From the human T2T-CHM13v2.0 reference genome, Homo sapiens: a stretch of DNA of 64,000 nt. The stretch lies in NCBI RefSeq assembly GCF_009914755.1, contig NC_060940.1; one strand, written 5' to 3'. The notes beneath the pieces are model-generated. The model was not told the DNA's origin and searched no databases. It saw only the letters and a list, made by a program, of their open reading frames with translations. Positions 1-19,544 of the stretch are shown here, in pieces (within the stretch, counting starts at the first letter, position 1; every line of letters starts with the position of its first letter). The position numbers and the translations under genes are program-made.

Positions 1-580
1 CTTACCTGACCCTAGGAGGAGGTTTGCCCAGGGCTGAGTGCCGCAGGCCCTGGGCAGAGGAGTCGTGAGCTGCAGATGCCGCGTGGTATCTGAGCTTCAT
101 GATTTCGGGCGCCCTCCTGTGGGCTTAGGGGGGAACAACTGCCAAGGTCTCAAGACGGGCTCCGGCCCAAGACAGGGGCAGGCCCTCGGGTGGACAGACC
201 TTGAGGGCAAAACAGCTGGTGGTACGATACATCACCCCATGAAGAGGTGGGTGCAAAAATAGTCTCATCTCTGTTTCTAGAGACGTGGCAGCTGCTGAGG
301 AACACATTCAGTGTGTTCAGAGGCCCGGTTCAGGCCCAGTTGGGGAGCCCATCCTGAGTGACATGTGCCGTGGGCAGGTCCTCAGCTCTGAGGCGGAGTA
401 GCTGGGACAGGGACCTGGGTTCCTTTCCGAACCCTGAGCACCAACCTCCTCCCCAGGCTATAAGAAGTCAGAGGACAGCCCCAAAACAAAGGGGTCACTG
501 ACCAAAGGACAGAGACCCTGGAGGGGGAGGGGAGGAAGTGCTGCCTGCTGACTTCCAGGTAGCTGTAGGTGGGTTTCAGG

Positions 581-597
581 TTTATTACAGATTTATT
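581..597 (-). terminator. LDHD: Tandem polyadenylation signals of LDHD
   Basis: TTTATT at 581-586 and 592-597 (AATAAA on minus), ~460 nt after the stop. Confidence 0.85.
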
Positions 598-1052
598 GGG
601 GGAGGCCCCAAGGAGAAGACCTATCATGTCACGGGAGCTCACGTTCCATACCAGGAAAGGAGTGTTCCTGTCACCAGGTGAAGGGGGAAGGGTCCTGGGA
701 CCCCGGCAGTGGGAGGCCTCGGGGAGGGGTGTCATCAGAGTCTTGAATGGACCCAGACGCTCTCTTCCCGCCAGGACAGGATGCGTAGGAGCAGAGAGGA
801 AGCAGCTTTGCTGGGAACCACCCTGGGTCGTTTACTGAACCAAAGGCTCCTGGGGCCAGCCAGAGGGCCAGGGAGGTAACACGGTGCTCAGGCTTCTCTC
901 TGGGCCCTCTGGCCTTGGGCCCAGATACAGTGGGCTCGCTGGCAGGAAGACTGCCTCAGCATCTATTTCCTTGCAGGGGCCGTGGCATGAAGAAAAGTTC
1001 CAGAACCGGCTCCGTAGTCAGGGAACTTGTGGGCTAAGTGCTCAGACCCCCT

Positions 1053-5645
<4,593 letters not shown>

Positions 5646-6521
5646 TGTAAGGCAAAAATAAAATTCTAAGCCTCCCAACCGACTGAATGGACCTCCCTCT
5701 CAGCCCAGGGCATTCCAAAATAAACCTGAAAAATTAATTCAGGCTGTGATGGGAAGAGGTTTAGGACAAGCCTCATTATCCCCCTCCTTCCTTTAGAATT
5801 CAGACACAACTGACCAGCATTAACATTAAAACAGAGACCTTAAGGCATTCTGATCTTAAGACACAAAACAGACTCTTTGTAGCAATAAGATACCAAATTC
5901 CAACCTGACTCTAGCATCACCTGACAGATAGCAGGCCCTGAAAGAAATCAATGTATTTTACCCCCAAAATATATTCCTCTGATTTTTTTTTTAAATAGCT
6001 CCAAAAAGCTGTCTTTTGTGGGGAAAATCTAGAATCTGTAGAGAATCCCCTCCCCTTTCCAGGTTTTTTGTTTTGTTTTGTTTTGTTTTGAGACAGAGTC
6101 ACTCTGTGGCCCAGGCTGGAGTGCAGTAGCGTGCTGCAACCTCCACCCACTGGGTTCAAGCGATTCTCCTGCCTCAGCCTCCCAAGTAGCTGGGATTACA
6201 GGTGCCTGCCACTGTGCCCAGATAATTTTTCTATTTTTAGTAGAGACAGGGTTTCACCATCTTGGCCAGGCTGGTCTTGAACTCCTGACCTCGTGATCCA
6301 CCTGCCTTGGCCTCCCAAAGTGCTGGGATTACAGGCATGAGCCACCGCGTCCAGCCTCTTTCCAGGTTTTATCCTGATCTAAGGGAGATTTAACTAAGAG
6401 TCTGGCACCTTTTAACGCCTTAGACATTTACCATCTATGTTACATAATAAGAACCTTGGGCCGGGTGCAGCGGCTCACATCTGTAATGCCAGCACTTTGG
6501 GAGGCCAAAGTGGGAGGATCA

Positions 6522-6773
<252 letters not shown>

Positions 6774-7471
6774 TTAACCCAGATGCTTATTTCTATTGAT
6801 TCCAGGTTGTCTTTTTTAAAATTTTTTATTTAAAAAAAATTTTGTTGTTGTATACCAAGATTCCAAGTCTTTGGATAATAACTTCTTTCAACCAATTGAA
6901 AATCAGAAATTTTTTTTTTTTTTTGAGATGGAGTCTCGCTCTGTTGCTCAGGCAGTGGCGTGATCTCAGCTCACTACAACCTCCATCTCCTGGGTTCAAG
7001 CTGTTCTCATGCCTCAGCCTCCCAAGTAGCTGGGATTACAGGAGTGCCACCATGCCCAGCTAATTTTTGTATTTTTAATAGAGACAGGGTTTCACCATGT
7101 TGGTCCAGGCTGGTCTCGAACTCCTGACCTCAAGTGATCCACCCGCCTTGGCTCCCCAAAATGCTGGGATTACAAGTGTGAGCCACCGTGCCCAGCGCCA
7201 ATCAGAAAAGTCTTTGAATTCACCTATGACCTGTAAGCTCCTCCCTCAATCAGAAGGAACCAATGCATACCCTGCTTATATTGATTACTGTCTGATGCCT
7301 CCCTAAACTGTATAAAACCAGTTGTAACTCAACTGCCTTGGGTACATGTTCTCAGGACCTCCAGGGAATGTGTCACAGGTCATGGTCTTCATGTGAGTGG
7401 TGGGAAATCCATACAGGTCTACATAAAACTCAATGCTTGCCTCATCAGAAGAAAGAATTCTACTGAAGAGG

Positions 7472-7896
7472 TCTGAAAGGGAAATATCTTGAGCCCCCAA
7501 AATTACTAAGCTAAAGGGAAAAGTCAAGCTGGGAACTGCTTAAGGCAAACCTGCCTCCCATTCTTTCAAAGTCACCCCTCTGATCACTGAGCTAAATGCA
7601 TATCTGACTGCCTCCTTTTGAGAGGCTAATTAGAAACTCAAAAGAATGCAAACATTTGTCTCTTATCTACCTATGACCGGGAAGCCCCCTCCCTGTCTTT
7701 CCAGACCCAAACAATGTTCATCTTACGTATGTTGAGTGACGTCTCAAGTCTCCCCAAAATGTATAAAACTAAACTGTGCTCTGACCACCTTGGGGACATG
7801 TCATTGGGATCTCCTGAGGCTGTGTCACACAATCATCATTGGCAAAATAAACTTTCTAAATTAACTGAGACCTTTCTCAGATTTGGGGGGTTCATA
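7472..7896 (+). repeat. 5' LTR of MER4A1-type provirus
   Basis: ...AAGCTAAAGGGAAAAGTCAAGCTGGGAACTGC...; TATAAAA 7762-7768; AATAAA 7846-7851. Confidence 0.9.
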
Positions 7897-7899
7897 TTT

Positions 7900-7917
7900 T
7901 GGTAACCACAGAAGAAT
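7900..7917 (+). other. Primer-binding site (probably tRNA-Arg type)
   Basis: TGGTAACCACAGAAGAAT immediately after the 5' LTR; resembles the complement of a tRNA-Arg(TCG) 3' end, from memory. Confidence 0.6.
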
Positions 7918-9243
7918 TCTGACTGGAGGCGCCCCTGACCTTTGACAAAGCTATCAGTGCTTGGTACCAGCTTGAGCTATCTTTATGGCTCAAACCAATA
8001 GGACAATTTGCTGAGGCCCGGAAGCACACCCTCCAGAGAATACCTTATCTTTCAAAATCTGGTCAAGATCTAAAGTTCATTTTGTTGTACAACTCCTCTT
8101 TTTTTTTTGGAGTTTTACTTGCTTCTAACACAAGGAAGGCAAATTTTTCCTGCTTCCATGTTGATGGAAGGCAGGTAACTCCTTTATGGTGTTTGAGCTC
8201 GCAACCAACAGGGAAGATGAGGGTTTTTCCCTGCTTCTAGGATGGTAGAGAGCAGTCTTCAGCCTGAAACCCATCCCTAGGTAAGTAACTGAATTGGGGT
8301 TTGTTTTGGCTAAAGTTAAGATTACAACCAGCTGGTCTTAATTTCTCCTTACCACTAGAAAGCTTAGTAATCATATAAATTGTGTGATCATTTGTTTTGC
8401 TTAACTGTTTTGTTGTTGTTCATTTCTCTTTTTGTTGTTCTTTCAGTCTTTTTCCCATTGGGTTTGATCAACTCTATCTGACTTGATCAAATACAAAGGA
8501 AGTCCCAAATTATGGGGAACAAGGCCTCTGAAGTGGCTAAATTCACACACACACACATACACAAAGGATGATGTGATAGGGGGTGAAAAACAGCCAGCAA
8601 AAGGAAAAAAAAAAGGAAAGATTTTTTATTTTGACTACTAAGTGGCTTTAGTTACACAACGAGGCCACCTTTTTGCTAGCCAGGCCAAACTGAAAGAGCA
8701 ATGGCTGTGCTTCTGAAATAGCAGCAATTTGTCCTAGCTGAAATATGGTAATGAGATTTTAAAAGATTTTTTTAAAGGAGCTCAATGATTAAAAGTCAGC
8801 TTAATTAAAAGCTAACATCGAAGATGTGCATGTGTATGTGTGGTGTGTGTGTGTGTGCGCATGTGCGTGTGTGTGTTTGTATTTAAAAGGACTTCATGTT
8901 TTTGTTTTTGTTTTTCTCCAAGAATCTTGTCTTTTTTTGAGCGAAAGTTTTTTTCTTCTCAGTTGACTGAATTCTGTTTTCTTCATTTACTTCGGCTGTA
9001 TCTCCTTTCTCTTGCACCCTCTGCTGCATGAGGGACCTAAAATAGTTTATAATAGCTGGGGTTCCTTAAAGAGAACAGAGAAGGCACCAGGCTCCCTTTA
9101 AGGGAGAAACCTGTTTTTTCTTATGCAATCCCCAGAGTGTAAACAGGCAAGTTCGTCTCGTCTCTTCAACTGCTTACTTTTGTATTGTTGTTACCTGTTT
9201 GTGGTTTTTTTTTGGGTTTTTATTTGGTTTTTTTTTTGACTAA

Positions 9244-9551
<308 letters not shown>

Positions 9552-10726
9552 TGACCTCATGATCCGCCCGCCTCAGCCTCCCAAAGTGCTGGGATTACAG
9601 GCATAAGCCACTGCACCCAGCCTACCCTTGGGTTTTTAAGGAAGACTATGGTTTAGACACTTAGAAATGTCTTTGTTTAAAAGAAGTTTTTTAAAAAGTG
9701 CACTGTAAAAGCATCACGTGTTCTAACCTCATAATAAGTGTCCCTTCTTGGAGACCCAGGATTCAGTGTGGGCTCTGCCCAGAGCTCAGAGATCCACTTA
9801 AAAGGTAGTCCCTTTATCTAAATAAAACTAGTCTCCTTATACAATCCTATGATAAATTTCTTTTTTGTTTTTTTTTTTTTGAGACAGAGTCTCGCTGTCA
9901 CCCAGGTTGGAGTACAGTGGGGCGATCTCTGTACTCCAGAGAGTACAGACATAACTGGGACTACAGGCGCCCACCACCACGCCCAGCTAATTTTTTGTAT
10001 TTTTAATAGAGACGGGGTTTCGCCGTGTTAGCCAGGATGGTTTCGATCTCCTGACCTTGTGATCCGCCCACCTCGGCCCCCCAGAGTGTTGGGATTACAG
10101 GAATGAACCACCACACCCGGCAAATTTCTTTAATTTTATGTTTGATTTGGCATTCATCTTTCATCTCCCTCTGGCACCATCAGACTTTTTCTCTCTGTAC
10201 CTTATGATGTAAATTTTGCTATTTGATTTTCACCTGAGTTGTTTCCTTTAATATGCAAACATAAGGCTAGTTAGCTGACAACTGCCTAGGGTTGTGAAGC
10301 AGGTTATCAATAATCTGAGTGTATCCATAAGATGTACTTCTATCAGCATGCCTAATACGTCTATGTATTTATGTGTTGTGTACACAATGCTTCACTACTG
10401 AAAATGCTTAAAAGAGCTCTAATTAACTGGCTTAAGAAAATAAAAGTGCTCGAATGAAATGCTTTATCAGGAAAAAAGACTCGTCAAATATTTTTTCAAG
10501 TTTATGTAACTCAGTAAAATTATTAATAAATAAGCTAGCCTTAAAATTACTGGTAAAGTAATATTAGAAATGTCTGAAGAATTGCCAGCATACATTTTTG
10601 TTTGCATATTAATCCAGCAGTTTCATACTTATCCCTGCCAAATACTATAAGGTGTCAAAATTTCTCATAGGGGTTACAAAACTATATACCCAGCCCAAAA
10701 CAGAATGATCTTTGCTTGTGTAAGCT

Positions 10727-11299
10727 TGTTAGAAATGCAAAATGCTTATTCCCCAGTGCCACAAAGAAATAGCACTCAAACATAAATTTAGTTTTCTCAG
10801 CAAGGCAATTTTCACTTTCTGCAGAAAAGGTGCCCCTCGCAGATGAAACAATGGTGAGAGCACACTTGGACAGGGGAGGGGCAGGAGTTCTTATTCCTCA
10901 TGCAGGTAGCCCCTACTGCTGTGTCGTTCCCCTATTGGATAGGGTTGGACCGCACAGTCTAAGCTAATTCCAATTGACTATTTTAAAAAGAGCAGGAGTA
11001 CCAGCCGGAGTGGCAGGGTGAGTAGTTTAGCAGTAAGGGCGGTTACAGAACAGTTGGCTCAGGATGAATCAGGACAGAGTAGGTGACCAAGAGTGACTCA
11101 GGTCAAAGCAGGTGACCAGGGGAACAGCTGTGAACTACTGATTAGGACTGGCGGGAAAGTTGTTTACTGAAACTAGAAGCTAGGGGGCAAAGAGAACCAG
11201 GAAGCTGAACTTTAAAATGGAGAATCAAAGAATAAGAGAGCTGAACATACTGACATACTGATTCTTTGAAGAGAAACTTGGAGTTCACTATATTTAACA
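10727..11299 (-). mobile_element. LTR10-type (HERV-I) solo LTR nested in MER4-int
   Basis: TGTTA...TAACA termini; minus strand begins TGTTAAATATAGTGAACTCCAAGTTTCTCTTCAAAGAATCAGTATGTCAGTATGTTCAG; 5-bp TSD AAGCT/AATCT. Confidence 0.8.
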
Positions 11300-12051
11300 A
11301 ATCTTTAATAAATAAGACATTAATATTGGTTTAATAAAAATAGCTACATCTTAAATTTAGTAAGATTACCATAACTTCTCATCTTGTGGCTTTAGGCAGT
11401 CCGGTCTATAGGCAATAGTGTTTGTTTTGGAAAAGCACTGTTATCATCTTTGTTTCAAAGCTAAATTATAAGTTCCTCCCAAAGTTAGTTTGGCCTATGC
11501 CCAGGAATGAACAAGAACAGCTTGGAGGTTAGAAGCAAGATGGAGTCACTTAGGTGCAATCTTTTTCACTGTCTCAGTGATAATTTTGCAATGGCAGTTC
11601 CATAATTTTAAATAATGACAAGCACAGTTTTTATAAATAATCTAGGTAAGTAATTAAAATAAAATAAGTAAATATTATAGGATAAATATAGACAAACTCA
11701 TAATTTTGAATCTAAAGTTAAATAATAGAGATTTTATTATTTGGGTATTTTCCAATAAAAATATATTTGGGCCAAGTGCAGTGGCTCACACCTGTAATCC
11801 CAGCACTTGGGGAGGACAAGGCGAGTGGATCACGTGAGGTCAGAAGTTTGAGACCAGCCTGGCCAACATGGTGAAACCTCATCTCTATTAAAAATGCAAA
11901 AATTAGCTGGGCACAGTGGTGCATGCCTGTAGTCCCAGCTACTCAGGAGGCTGAGGCAGGAGAATCACTTGAACCCAGGAGGTGGAGGTTGCAGTGAACC
12001 AAGATCATGCCACTGCACTCCAGCCTGGGCGACACAGAGACTCTGTCTAAA

Positions 12052-12126
12052 ATATATATATGTGTATATATATATATATGTGTATATATATTTGTAGAAT
12101 GTTTTCCTACAAATATATATATAAGA

Positions 12127-12192
<66 letters not shown>
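12052..12192. repeat. Compound (TA)n/(TG)n microsatellite between tail-to-tail Alus
   Basis: TATATA...TGTGTG...TATATA tracts. Confidence 0.95.
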
Positions 12193-12195
<3 letters not shown>

Positions 12196-12564
12196 GGAAA
12201 ACATTCTTTTTTTTTGGAGAAAGAGTCTTCCTCTGTCACCCAGGCTGGAGTGCAGTGGTGCAGGGTTCAAGCAATTCTCCTGCCTCAGCCTCCCAAGTAG
12301 CTGGGACTACAGATGCATGCCACCATGTCTGGCTAATTTTTTGTATTTTAGTAGAGACAGAGTTTCACTATGTTGCCCAGGCTGGTCTCGAACTCCTGAG
12401 CTCAGGCAATGTGTCCACCTCAGCCTCCCAAAGTGCTGGGATTACAGGTGTGAGCCACCACACAGGCCAAAAACATTCTTTCTTAAAAAAAGTTGTGTCC
12501 CAGCCAGGTGCGGTGGCTCACACCTGTAATCCCAGCACTTTAGGAGGCCAAGGAGGATGCATCA

Positions 12565-13054
<490 letters not shown>

Positions 13055-13255
13055 TAGCCAGGCTGGTCTTGGACTCCTGACCTCGGGTGATCTGCCCTCC
13101 TCAGCCTCTTAAAGTGCTGGGATTACAGGCGTGAGCCACCACGCCCGGCTTCAAAGCTAATTTAAAGGTCATGTATAAAACAAGGTAAAAGGGGCCGGGC
13201 ATGGTGGCTCACGCCTGTAATCCCAGCACTTTGGGAGGCTGAGGCGGGTGGATCA

Positions 13256-13596
<341 letters not shown>

Positions 13597-14833
13597 TCAT
13601 ATGAGAAAGAATTTTGTATGATAAATTTAGTACTAAAGTAAAATGGCTGGTAGTTTAAGAAAGAGGAATGGGCTGGGCTCACTGGCTAAGGTCTGGAATC
13701 CCAACACTTTGGGAGGCCGAGGTGGGTGGATCAAAGGTCAGGAGTTTGAGACCAGCCTGGCCAACATGGTGAAACCCCATCTGTACTAAAAATACAAAAA
13801 TTAGCCAGGCATGGTGGCACGCACCTATAATCCCAGCTATTTGGGAGGCTGAGGCAGGAGAATTGCTTGCACCTAGGAAGCAGTGGTTACAGTGAGCTGA
13901 GGTCATGCCACTGCACTCCAGCTGGGACAACAGAGCAAGACTCTATCTCGAAAAAAATTTTTTTTTAATTAAAATTATCACATCCTTCTATCTGCCTGTA
14001 TGTACTTTTGTTTGTTTGTTTGTTGTTTTGTGACGGAGTTTGGCTCTTGTCGCCCAGGCTGGTGTGCAATGGCACAATCTCAGCTCACTGCAGACTCCAC
14101 CTCCTAGGTTCAAGAGATTTCTCCTGCCTCACCCACCCAGGTAACTAGGATTACAGGCATGCACCACCACACCTGGCTAATTTTGTATTTTTTTAGTAGA
14201 GACAGGGTTTCACCATGTTTGTCAGACTGGTCTTGAACACCTGACCTCAAGTGATCACCCACCTGGGCCTTCCAAAGTGCTGGGATTACAGGCCTGAGTC
14301 ACCGTGCCCAGCTGGAAGTTGTATTTTATGATCAAGATGAAAATTTTATAAATTGTTTATAAAATTTTGGAAAACAAATTTAATTGGCTTCATGTTGTTT
14401 TTACTAGGGCTTATCATTTAAATCTCTTCTCTTAAAGAATGAAGGTTTTCAGGCCGGGTGCGGTGGCTCATGACTGTAAGCCCAGCACTTTGGCAGGCCG
14501 AGGAGGGCAGATCACCTGAAGTTAGGAGTTCAGGACCAGCCTGGCTAACATGGTGAAACCCCATCTCTACCAAAATACAAAAATTAGCCAGGCATGATGG
14601 CAGGTGCCTGTAATCCCAGTTACTCAGGAGGCTGAGGCAAGGAGAATCGCTTGAATCTGGGAGGCAGAGGTTGCAGTGAGCAGTGAGCTGAGATCAACCC
14701 CCTGAACTCCAGCCTGGGCAACAGAGCAAAACTCCATCTCAAAAAAAAAAAAAAAAAAAGAATGAAGGTTTTCACTGTATTTTTTAAATCCTTGAGTTAT
14801 CACTTTGGTTAAATGAATTCTTCTTTTAATTAA

Positions 14834-15321
<488 letters not shown>

Positions 15322-17467
15322 TGACCTCAGGTGATCCACCCACCTTGGCCTCCTTAAATGCTGGGGTTACAGGCATGAGCCAGCACGCCCAGCCAGTTAA
15401 ATGAATTATTTTGCAATGACTTGTAATCCTATTTTGTAATATCAAGTGTTTTATACCTTTGATATTTGACAAACTTTCCAAGATAAAATTATAAATTATG
15501 TTTTTTTCTGATCTAACTAGTCTTTTAAAATGTTATTAATAGGTTCTCTAAAATCCAAAAATGACATATTTGGCTTATTTGGTCTAAAAATTATACAGGA
15601 AGCATTGTCAAATATAAAATGGTGTTTGGTTTTCTTTGGGCTGTATTCCTATAAATATGTTATTGGTATGTGTCCCAAAATTATGAGAAACTCCTATAAT
15701 TCTGATCTGACTTAATGTACATTATCAGTAATAACCATAATTGTTATGTTAAATTATTGTGTGCTGCAGAAGTAACAAATTTCCTTGCCAATTGTATCTT
15801 TGACTATGGCTGCTCTAAAACTTTTTGTCATTCACGGATAATCGTCTTGTTTTGGTCCTCTTTGGTTTTACAATCAGCTATAAAACTGATTTTATAAAAG
15901 GTAGTTTTATAATCAGCTGTAAAACTCTAAAACTCTAACAGGTGCTCTTTTTTTGGGCAGGGAAAGAGTCTCCCTCTGTTGCTCAGGCTGGAGTGCAGTG
16001 GCATGATCTCAGCTCACTGCAACCTCTGCCTCCTGGGCTCAAGTGATTCTTAACTCCGGCCTGGGCGACAGAGCAAGACTCTGTCTCAGAAAAAAAGCGT
16101 GAGCATGAAGAGGGAAGCATGAGGAGATCAGTCTCCCAAGTAGCTGGGACTGCAGGCATGTACCACCACGCCTGGCTAATTTTTGTATGTTTAGTAGAGA
16201 TGGGGTTTCGCCATGTTGGCCAGGCTGGTCTTGAACTCCTGGCCTCAAGAGATCCGCTGGCCTCAGCCTCCCAAAGTGCTGAAATTATAGGCATGAGTCA
16301 CTGTGTCTGGCCTAACAGGTGCTCTTGAATGCAGGTTTCTGATAACTTTGGAGATTGTGACATCAGCATAAAGGAAAAACTTTCAGGATTCAGGGAGGGC
16401 TGAAATGTTCATGAATATCAAGCAGAACAGGAATTAACTGCATGGACTAAACTAATAGAAGTCTGAAGTAATCTTTTTAACTTTTTGCTTAAAACATTGC
16501 TGATCTTTGTTTTGCTTTTCAGAGTCAAGAAAACTTTTAAGCTATTTACAACTTTTAACAATTGAGTTAAGTATACTCAAGAACAAAATTCAGAGCATAT
16601 TTGTTTCTCTCTACCTGATTTCTACAGATTTTGGAAACTATTTGTGAGTATTCCTAACTTATGACAATACAGTTATTTGCATAAGTGCAAAAAGAATCTG
16701 TTTTCATTTGTAACAGGACACCATTGGAGAAACTAGTTATTTTTACCAAGACTTTGACCAGAACGGTGTGCTTTCCTTTAAGGAATCAAACTTCACTTAT
16801 GGAGCCAATAAAAGCCCCTTGAAAAACTGGCCTCATACCTTTGTCTACACAGTCCCTGTAAAGGGTTCCTGACCTGTGGTAAGTAAAGAATGTCACTGTG
16901 GGGCCCAGGAGCCCCACGTTTATCTTGGAACCTCAAGAGGAGAAGAATTTACCCAACTCATCAGTATTTGATGGTACAAATTCATGGCTGGGCTCGGCTT
17001 TAAAAAAAGTCTTATCTGAGATTCCTTCTCTGGGACAACGTTCCATCAAAACCAGTTTAAAAGCCTGTGTAAACATTAATTATTTTTGCTGTAGTGTATA
17101 CAAATAATTAGGCCAAGTACAATAAAGCAAACCAGTCCTACCATGATTTGTCTTTAGTAAAAATAGGAAACTAGAGAGAGGAAAATTATGTTTCCAAAAC
17201 TATAGTAACACTCATTGTTAGATTCTAGTCTTGTCTAATATTTTTCAATTCTTATTATTATCTACAGTTTGAACCAAATTCTAATTTTTCTTGGCAACGT
17301 GTCTTCAAAATAATGTTTTCAAATTTTTCCTTCTTTTTTTCCCCATTTTGCCTAATCTGGAGTCACTGAAAACTAAGCTGTGTTTTCATAAAGCCCTGTG
17401 AACTGAAGCTGGACAACTTAAACTTCAGAAGAAAATAACAGCAACCTATTTATATTTATATACATAA

Positions 17468-17803
<336 letters not shown>

Positions 17804-18056
17804 TGATGTATGGACTTCGGAGTAATGTGGCCTATATCAATTTTTCAGGATTGTTCTTTTGTTTGTTGTTGTTCTCCTTTCCTCCCCCTATTTTCTCTTC
17901 AGAGGACGTGAGACTTCACAACCTTCTAAAAATGAGCTTTCCTAGCAACTAGGGACTTACCTGTCTAGGAATAAACCATCCTAGCCATGAGAGATCAGAT
18001 GAAACCTGAGATCAGAGACTGATTTTCTTCTAAAATGCTTTCTCTAAAAGATTTTT

Positions 18057-18074
18057 AAAAAGAAAAAGGGGGAA
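18057..18074 (+). other. Polypurine tract
   Basis: AAAAAGAAAAAGGGGGAA directly before the TG of the 3' LTR. Confidence 0.85.
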
Positions 18075-18521
18075 TGTGAAGGAAAATATCTTGAGTCTTC
18101 AAAATCACTAAGCTAAAGGGAAAAGTCAAGCTGGGAACTGCTTAGGGCAAACCTGCCTCCCATTCTATTCAAAGTCACCCCTCTGCTCACTGAGATAAAT
18201 GCGTATCCTTTTGCCTGTCTTGGAGAGGCTAATAAGAACCTCAAAAGAATGCAACCATTGGTCTCTTATCTACCTATGACCTGGAAAACCTTCCCCACTT
18301 CTAGTTGTCCCGCCTCTCCAGACAGAACCAATGTTCATCTGACATATGTTGATTGATGTCTCATGTTTCCCTAAAATGTAAAAAAACAAACTGTGCTGTG
18401 ATCACCTTGGGCACATGTCGCCAAGACCTCCTGAGGCTGTGTCATGGGCATGTGTCCTCAACCTTGGCAAAATAAACTTTCTAAATTAACTGAGATCTGC
18501 CTCAGATTTTTGGGGTTCACA
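18075..18521 (+). repeat. 3' LTR of MER4A1-type provirus
   Basis: TGTGAAGGAAAATATC...GGGGTTCACA; AATAAA 18471-18476. Confidence 0.9.
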
Positions 18522-18677
18522 GAGGCATAAGGCAGAAGGAGAGACCAAGGCAAGTTTTAGAGCAGGAGTGAAATTTTATTTAAAAAGCTTTAGAGTGGGA
18601 ACAAAAGGAAGGAAAGTACACTTGGAAGAGGGCCAAGAGGGCAACTTGAAAGACAAGTGTGTGGTTTGACCTTTTGA

Positions 18678-18929
<252 letters not shown>

Positions 18930-19544
18930 TGATCCGCCTGCCTCAGCCTCCCAAAATGCTGGGATTACAGACATGAGCCACCATGTCCAGCCTGACTTGG
19001 AGTTTTATATGGTGGCACGCTTCTGGGGGTCTTGCAGCCCTTCTCCCCTGATTCTTTTTTTGAGGTGGGTTGTCCACATGGTCAGTGGCCTGCTAGCGCT
19101 TGGGAGGGAAACGTGCAATTTGTTGACTGGCCTTGTACGCATGCTGACTTGAGGCTTTCTTCCCTTACCAGCTGAATGTTCCTAGAAGGTCATATATCTC
19201 TTAAACTCCATCATTTTGCTTCTTAGTACGCATGCTCAAGCTCAGTCACCCAACTCCTGAGATCTTATTGGGAAGCTGATCATCCGTTTCAGGTTTTTGT
19301 ATCTATTGGGAAACTGCCTTTCCCTGGAGCAGGCTGCCACCAACTGTTATTTTAGAGAAACAGTGTAACTGCCTGACCATCACCTGAGGGTGGCCTGACT
19401 TTCCTGTTGGGTGGAGGGGGAGCCTTCTCTTGCCCTGTTCATGCCTGCCTAGCTACCTACCGTAATACTCACATGAGTAAATCCCTTCAAGTATTTTACA
19501 GTTTGATTCTTTTTTTTTTTTTGGTTGACAAAACTGAGGGATAA

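Noticed and set aside
1-560. Minus-strand donor CAG|GTAAG at 1-8 and short ORFs downstream of LDHD
   Set aside because: No supportable partner exon within the window; cannot be distinguished from chance.
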